From positions 1-20,792 of the forward strand of contig JAEOUG010000165.1 of NCBI GenBank assembly GCA_016839445.1: 20,792 bases of DNA, given 5' to 3'. Source of the stretch: Candidatus Thorarchaeota archaeon. GTDB taxonomy: Archaea > Asgardarchaeota > Thorarchaeia > Thorarchaeales > Thorarchaeaceae. Shown here piece after piece: positions 1-6,300 of the stretch. The position numbers and the translations under genes were made by a program. Positions within the stretch are counted from its first letter, which is position 1. Each line of letters opens with the position of its first letter. Below the pieces are notes generated by a model. The model did not search any database, was not told where the DNA came from, and worked only from the letters and a program-made list of their open reading frames with translations.

Positions 1-846
1 CACGGAGGCGCTACATCCTTCGATGCTGAGCACCACAAAGAGATACTTGCCGCAATCAGTGCCTCCGCCCGTTTGGGGATGAAGGCGCTTCAAAGGGGAG
101 GGTCTTCTCTCGATGCCGTAGAAGCCGCCATATGGGCACTGGAGGAAACGAGTCTCTTCACTGCAGGCCTTGGGGCTTGCAAGAATCTCGATGGGGAAAC
201 AGAGGTTGACGCGATTGTAATGGATGGCAACCGCCTTCAGAGCGGTGCCGTCATGGGGGTCAAAGATCTTGCTCATCCTATCTCATTGGCCAGATACGTT
301 CTGGAGCGAACTCCTGTCATGCAGGTCGTGGGTGGCGGAGCAGAGAAGCTGTACTCAAAGATGCTTGCTGAGGGCTACAGAAAAGAAGTGGCGCCTAGAC
401 GTACGGATGCCTTTGCACTCGCAAAGGACTCTGATACGGTGGGGGCGATTGCAGTTGATCGAAAGGGACGCCTGGCCGCAGGATCGTCAACCAGCGGCTG
501 GCCCGGCAAGTTGCCAGGACGGGTTGGCGACAGCCCGATAATCGGGAGCGGTGTCTATGCAAATGACGTCGCCGCTGCTAGCTGCACAGGCAAGGGTGAA
601 CAGATTCTTCGAATCGTCATGGCTCGTGTTGCAGTTCTGCATGTCGAGCAAGGCATGAGCGTCATTGAGGCGGCTAGGAGCGCTGTGTCTGAGCTTAGGC
701 AGAAGACGCCCGGGGAGGGAGGCCTAATCATGGCCGACAACAAGGGCAATGTGTCCTACGCATTTGATACGCCACATATGCCCGTGGCCATAGCGAGCTC
801 AGAATCCGACCAAGTATTCTGTGAAATGAGACCTCGCTCTTTGTAG
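1..846 (+). CDS. iaaA: Isoaspartyl peptidase/L-asparaginase (Ntn-hydrolase, asparaginase 2 family), 5'-truncated by the window edge
   Basis: Frame 1 is open from base 1 and reads HGGATSF..., the family N-terminal HGGA motif, so the true start lies upstream of the window rather than at 73. Autocleavage site D|TVGAIA (Thr codon 436-438), GRVGDSPIIGSG and TGKGE motifs are present. Confidence 0.93.
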   Translation, partial: HGGATSFDAEHHKEILAAISASARLGMKALQRGGSSLDAVEAAIWALEETSLFTAGLGACKNLDGETEVDAIVMDGNRLQSGAVMGVKDLAHPISLARYVLERTPVMQVVGGGAEKLYSKMLAEGYRKEVAPRRTDAFALAKDSDTVGAIAVDRKGRLAAGSSTSGWPGKLPGRVGDSPIIGSGVYANDVAAASCTGKGEQILRIVMARVAVLHVEQGMSVIEAARSAVSELRQKTPGEGGLIMADNKGNVSYAFDTPHMPVAIASSESDQVFCEMRPRSL

Positions 847-872
847 ACAATGACGCAGTCTAGAAGCGAGTA

Positions 873-1346
873 CTAGGATCTGCTATCTTCGATGATCTTC
901 ACGATCTCCTCTTCGATCGTTGGAGTCATTCTAGGCTTGGTCTTGATTCTGCCGACTTCAATGCCCTTCGAGTCGAAGATGAGAATAGTGGGACTGCTTG
1001 TTATCTCGAAGACGTCTACTTCTTCTGGAGACGGAGGGACCTCCCACAGCTTCTTCGAGCCGTAGGGTGGCTTGGTCATGCCTCCGAGAGCCACTATCGT
1101 CTTCCCTGTGGCTTCTTCAATGAGAGATAGGACAGGTATCGCCTTCCTTGCGTCACCACACCACTCAGCGAAGGTTGCCACAACTCTGTATTCCTGCAAG
1201 TACTCTCTGAGTTTGGATATCGCATCCTCGTTGAGGTTGTAGAACTCTTTCTGTCTGACGAAGGCTCCTCGATAAATCGGTTTGAGGTCTGCAATCGCTT
1301 GTGAAGCTCCAGGCGCATCCTTCCTGATGTCTTCTATTGTCGGCAT
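873..1346 (-). CDS. Thioredoxin-fold protein with a single-Cys WCGDA active site
   Basis: AEWCGDARKAIP helix start and the later cis-Pro-like ITSSPTILIFD...EVGRI strand pair. GGAGG SD at 1356-1360 (minus) fits ATG 1346 better than ATG 1352. Confidence 0.8.
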   Translation of the reverse strand: MPTIEDIRKDAPGASQAIADLKPIYRGAFVRQKEFYNLNEDAISKLREYLQEYRVVATFAEWCGDARKAIPVLSLIEEATGKTIVALGGMTKPPYGSKKLWEVPPSPEEVDVFEITSSPTILIFDSKGIEVGRIKTKPRMTPTIEEEIVKIIEDSRS

Positions 1347-1376
1347 GGCCATTGCCCTCCGGGTAATGTTGGTCTA

Positions 1377-1862
1377 TCAGTCTGTTTCGCAGACAATGTC
1401 GGTTCCCTTCTGACCCTTCTTGGATTGAAGGGGAGCCTGCTTGATGAGCGAAACGAGCTGCTTTAAGTCTGTGCTGTGGGACTCCTCTTCCTCTCTCATG
1501 TGATCGAGCATAAGCTTGGCAATCGGGTCGTTGATTCTGGGCAGGACCTTCTGTAGCAGCCTAACCATTTCGCCCTCCTCCTCAATCAGGTGCTCAAGTT
1601 CACGTTCCAGTTTGACACGACCTGCATATCTACCAACCTTTGCAGACCACTCATCACATGGCACTGTGATGATGTGCTCAATCATTCCCTCTAGGAACTT
1701 GATGTGCTTCCATGTGTCTAGCCTGAGATCCATGAAGGCAAGTCTGACAGCTACTTCCTTGGCATCCTCCTCCAATCTGGAGATGCGGTCCAAAGTCTTC
1801 TTTTCCACTTCTATCTGAGATTCGAGTATCTCAATAATCTCTTCTTCTCTTGCACTCAACAA
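1377..1862 (-). CDS. Ferritin-like/rubrerythrin-like four-helix-bundle protein
   Basis: All-helical, with a two-fold pattern: QIEVE...DTWKH / LIEEE...EEESH. TTG start. Confidence 0.75.
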   Translation of the reverse strand: MLSAREEEIIEILESQIEVEKKTLDRISRLEEDAKEVAVRLAFMDLRLDTWKHIKFLEGMIEHIITVPCDEWSAKVGRYAGRVKLERELEHLIEEEGEMVRLLQKVLPRINDPIAKLMLDHMREEEESHSTDLKQLVSLIKQAPLQSKKGQKGTDIVCETD

Positions 1863-1895
1863 TAGTCATCTCCGGGCCAGCGAACCTGACCTATG

Positions 1896-1930
1896 AACAA
1901 TTAACGATTGTTATTTCGTGTCTTATAAGA
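1896..1930 (-). promoter_or_regulatory. Putative TATA box (palindromic TCTTATAAGA, 1921-1930) followed by the inverted repeat AACAAT-N5-ATTGTT (1896-1912)
   Basis: AT-rich intergenic island upstream of the ferritin-like gene. Both palindromes are exact. Confidence 0.55.
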
Positions 1931-1949
1931 TTATTGATGATTCACTTCG

Positions 1950-2966
1950 CTAGTCAATGTGCAGCGCGCGCCTGTAATCCGGATGGTCGAATTCCTGGCC
2001 TACTTCGCGCTCATTACCCAGGAACTGATTCATCATGAGGCCAGCATAGTTCCCAGTGCCAACAGCCATGGCCACCTGTTGAGTAATCGCTCGGACATCC
2101 CCGGCAGCCCAGACACCCTCGATGTTCGTCTTTCCTCTGTGGTCTGTGAGGATGTTTCCCTTCTTGTCTATCTCGACACCAATCTGTTGTGCGAGTTCTG
2201 ACCTTGCTTCATCCACGAAGGCGACAAAGAAAACGTTGGCTCTAAGTCTGCGTCTATCAGCCAGAGTCACGTACTGAACAACACCGATCCTTGGGAACTC
2301 CACTGACTTGATTATTCCCTGTGTCCAGCTGAATGGTGAGTCTTCAAGTTTGGATAGATCTTGGGTCTCGAAGGGGACGTAGGCGTCCTCTGTCATCAGT
2401 ATCTGTATCTTGCCAATGTCTGTGAAGCGAGTAAGCGAATTGGCCACATGCAAGGCACTGCCTACGGTTCCAGTGTTCACGACGAGGACTTCTTTGTCTT
2501 TGCATAGAGGAGCCTCACAATCTGGGCAGTAGAAGGCCGCATTTCCGGCATTGGCGACCGGCAGCCACGAGCGCCACTTGCCATCAACCTGAGGGTGCTT
2601 CCGTGCTGTGCCTGTGGCAATCAGCAGGATCTTCGCCTTGTACTCGGACTTGTCGTCTGTGCGGTAACTGGGTGAGGTCTTGACTCTGAATTGTGGATAT
2701 CTGCCACTTAGCTCCACCACATCCCCGGCCACGAATTCGGCACCGGCCGCCCTAGCTGCCCCCTGCATGTTCCTAAGGAGCCCGCGTCCTTCGTGATAGG
2801 TGTCGCCAGTCGCGAAATTCATGATGCTGTTGACATGGAAGTGCATGGGACTCGTACCTCTGTCAAGCACCAATACCTTCCTCTTTTGATAGGCAAGATG
2901 GAGTGCTGCAGAACAGCCGGCTGGTCCTCCTCCTATTATGATAGCATCGTATTCTCCTTGGTTCAA
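1950..2966 (-). CDS. Thioredoxin-reductase-like FAD-dependent oxidoreductase (CPDC redox motif, degenerate NAD(P)H-binding motif)
   Basis: GGGPAG FAD motif, ATG motif (LIATG), YCPDCE and TNIEGVWAAGD...QVAMAVGTG. The second Rossmann motif reads VLVVNTGTVGSA. TTG start. Confidence 0.85.
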   Translation of the reverse strand: MNQGEYDAIIIGGGPAGCSAALHLAYQKRKVLVLDRGTSPMHFHVNSIMNFATGDTYHEGRGLLRNMQGAARAAGAEFVAGDVVELSGRYPQFRVKTSPSYRTDDKSEYKAKILLIATGTARKHPQVDGKWRSWLPVANAGNAAFYCPDCEAPLCKDKEVLVVNTGTVGSALHVANSLTRFTDIGKIQILMTEDAYVPFETQDLSKLEDSPFSWTQGIIKSVEFPRIGVVQYVTLADRRRLRANVFFVAFVDEARSELAQQIGVEIDKKGNILTDHRGKTNIEGVWAAGDVRAITQQVAMAVGTGNYAGLMMNQFLGNEREVGQEFDHPDYRRALHID

Positions 2967-3196
2967 TCCTCGACCCCGAGCGAGTCTTCTCCCTTCGCCT
3001 AATAACTCTGTGCGAATGGTCGGCCCACTTCAGTCCGGAATTCTCTGAAAAGACTTAAGTTGACGATGGGCTGTCACTCCTCAGGGTGGGAAATGAGGCT
3101 GAGAATCGTGCTCGGTGACTCGCTTGGCTCTTACATCTTGAAACCATTGCACGACTTCTCAGAATCTGGATTTCCAGTCAAGATGGGGCAGAAAAG

Positions 3197-3355
3197 ATGG
3201 CACAGATCACGATGATTGTTTCAGTCATTAGTATCGCAGCTGCAGCGATACTTGGAATCCTCCTGGTTCTCTTCATACTCAGATTGAAGAAAGCGGGAGC
3301 AACTCGGCAATCGCTTCTGAATGAGATCAAGGAGGGTCCGAGCCAAAATGCGTAG
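3197..3355 (+). CDS. 52-aa single-pass membrane microprotein (absent from the supplied ORF track)
   Basis: Own translation: MAQITMIVSVISIAAAAILGILLVLFILRLKKAGATRQSLLNEIKEGPSQNA*. It has a ~22-residue hydrophobic stretch followed by RLKK, and its stop overlaps the ATG at 3348. An alternative start is ATG 3212. Confidence 0.6.
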   Translation: MAQITMIVSVISIAAAAILGILLVLFILRLKKAGATRQSLLNEIKEGPSQNA

Positions 3356-6300
3356 CAGACGATTCTTGCTCCTTCTGCCAATCCTGCTGATGCTTGTAGG
3401 TGCGTCCCAGATGCCTGCCTCTCTGTCTAGAAACGCAGGAATTGATCTTGGAGAAACAGCAGTCCTCTCTCAGAGCGGTCCGTACGACGGAGTAATCCCT
3501 ATGAATTCCTGTGTCTTTGTCGGAGACGTCTACAATGACTTCCAGAATGCGCTCTCCTACCTGGCGGCCGTACCACTCGCGGTAAGAAGCAATTCCACTC
3601 ACATGACATCTGGATTGCTGTTACCGGACACGGACTCGTATGAGACCCCGTTGGAGGAATGGCTGGCGCTCGCTGGATCTGCGACACAAGAGGCGATATA
3701 CATCGGTGACGTTACAAACCCCGACTTCATAGCTGCTGGGGGTATGGCTGACAACACGTTCTACATAGATGGTGAGAACTACTTCGATGTGGCTGCCGAG
3801 ATTGCCACGCAATTCTTTGGAGGCACTTCCGACGTCGTCCTAGTTGAGGCAAATCCGACTATCCAGTTCAACAACGACACCCTCTACGATACTACAGGTA
3901 ACCTGGGTGGTCTCCAATTCACGTACATTCATGGAACGACAAGCCAGAGCAACGACTGGGAGTGGTTTGGGACGTACAACCCGACTGAGGGGGGTGCCAT
4001 TATCAGTCTAGAGTACGACGGATCGCCATCAGGTTACATCTGGTTCGATCTCCTAGCAAGGGAAGATGGTGAGTACTATCCGCTAGACTATCCATATCTT
4101 GACGGGGAAACAGTCCGCTTCCCGTACACAAATCGGCCTGGCGAGACGTGGATCATCCACGCCATAGACCTCTACGATTATGTAAGGACAGTCACTCTGG
4201 ACATCAAGGTTGAGGTTCCACAGGCAGACTACTATGCCTTCACTGTGAATCCCGGAGAGGACTGTGTCATTGACTTCGAAGTCGATGTTCCATCAAACGC
4301 TGCCGTTGGTCTCAACGTGCTCGGCCCAACTGGCGACATTGTTCTAAGTGCGAATCGGTTTGCCCTCTTCTCTGAATACGGAGAGACCACAGGGTTCACG
4401 GCGTCGCTGGCTCATCCAGCTCCTGGATCCTACCAGGCTTATGTCTACAACGCCGAAACGTACTCAGTGGGCTACAGTATAGACATCACCAAGAAGGTCT
4501 TGATGGAGGATTGGGAGGAAGCTGGTGCTGCAGCAGCCAATGGCGCATCGATAGCAAGTGCATTGGGAGCTCCACTTCTCTATTACACCTCAGATGGCCT
4601 TCCATCGTACACAGTCGATGCACTGACCGCACTTCAGCCAGAGAGAGCAATCGTGGTTCGACCGATTGGTGCCCATGTCTACGATATTCAGACATACTTG
4701 GGTGGGATGGGTATCCTCTCAACGCGGTTGAACAGCTTCAGCGACATCCAGAGCTACCTTGACGTGCTCAATGGACGCACTGCTGGAACCGGAAGTGTTG
4801 TGCTCTACGATTCTTCTGGCACCTTCTTCTCTTCGGCAGGACTTGCAGCAACTCAGCGGCGTTCAGTTGCCATGCCGTTCAGCTACGGGGACTCGGGTCT
4901 CATGACCCTCTCGCAGATACCAGAACAGCTGAACTGGATGAGAGAGTACACGATGCCACTTGCATCCACGTTCTCTATACTTGATGTCTGGACGAGTTCC
5001 GGGCGACTCAGTGGTATGAATCCTCCGTATGCTTCCATGAGTGACATTGCTGACGCTTTCTACAGTTGGGTGGGACTGCATACCGGCATCAACAACCCTC
5101 AAACAACAATCACCATAGCTCCCTACCAAGGGTTCGGTGACACTCTTGCTCCAACCTTTGAGCGCGCGATAGCGGGTAGGACGAAGCCAGGTAGGTATCC
5201 TTCTGGTGAGAATGATGCAACACTGATTCAGATAATGCGCTCGATCCTCCGAGTTCCCTTGCAGACTGCGGCGTCGCGGTCTAAGGTTGGATTGGGCACT
5301 CATCTCGTATACTCGTACGACACCGTTGTTGAAACAAACACTCGCACACCAGTCTATGTATCGAACTCGGATGACTTCCCGAACTTCATGACGGATGCTG
5401 GATTGACCCCCGATCAGGAGGTTGGTCCTCAGGTCATCTCTGAGCTGGCATTATCGCCCTACTTCTGGTTAGCGTCGACGCACGGCGGAGTCGGAGGAGA
5501 GGGATACGACATTGAAGGAATCGCGGCTCTCATGCTCTGGGACGCATATCGAGGATATGACGAATCTGCCATTCCCTTCGACCCAGACTACAACGGCGAC
5601 GGAGTTGTCAATCCTCCTGAAGCCTACATCGATGGCTACAATGTGAGCCAGTTTGTGTCTGGTGTGGACCTCAATGGAATGTTCGCTTACTTCGACTCCT
5701 GTCAACTGGCATCGAGCTATGCTCCCGCCACTATGATGGAGGCAGGATGCGACGCGGTGGTTGCGTGTCGAGTAGATGCTCTGATTGGTGCTTCAGATCT
5801 CTTTGAGATGAATGTCATGGAGTCGATGTCAGGCGGAGAGGTCAGTCTAGGAGCTGCGATGAACGGCGCCTACCAAGTGAACTCACACGTCTATTCTACT
5901 GGATACGAGGGAGTCGACACCTACTCCACAGTCAGCACAGTCGGTGTGATTGGGGCGAGCTGCATTCAGTTTGTCATATACGGAGACCCCGATGTGACTC
6001 TACATGATCACAGCAAGACTCCAGCACCTTTCGCACCTCGTATCGGCGACATTGGGCCCGGTCGCACCGTGCGGGCTCATCCAGGCACTTCCTACGAGCT
6101 GCCGATTGGACCTCATGACCCAGTAGGCAATCTCTACGCAAAAGAGGGCGACTACGACATAGAGATCTACTCTCCCACTGCTGCACTCGTCGAGTCTGGT
6201 TCTGTCCACTGCACCGACTTGACGTTCGGAGGTTACGTGTTCAACATATCGGAGTCTGCTGCTCTCGGGCTGTACACGGTGGAGGTCACCGATACTTCTA

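Noticed and set aside
1374-1391. Ferritin-like gene ends C-E-T-D-TGA-TAG, suggesting possible selenocysteine read-through
   Set aside because: Sec would be the terminal residue in a non-standard CxxxU spacing, and I see no convincing SECIS. A tandem stop is the simpler explanation.
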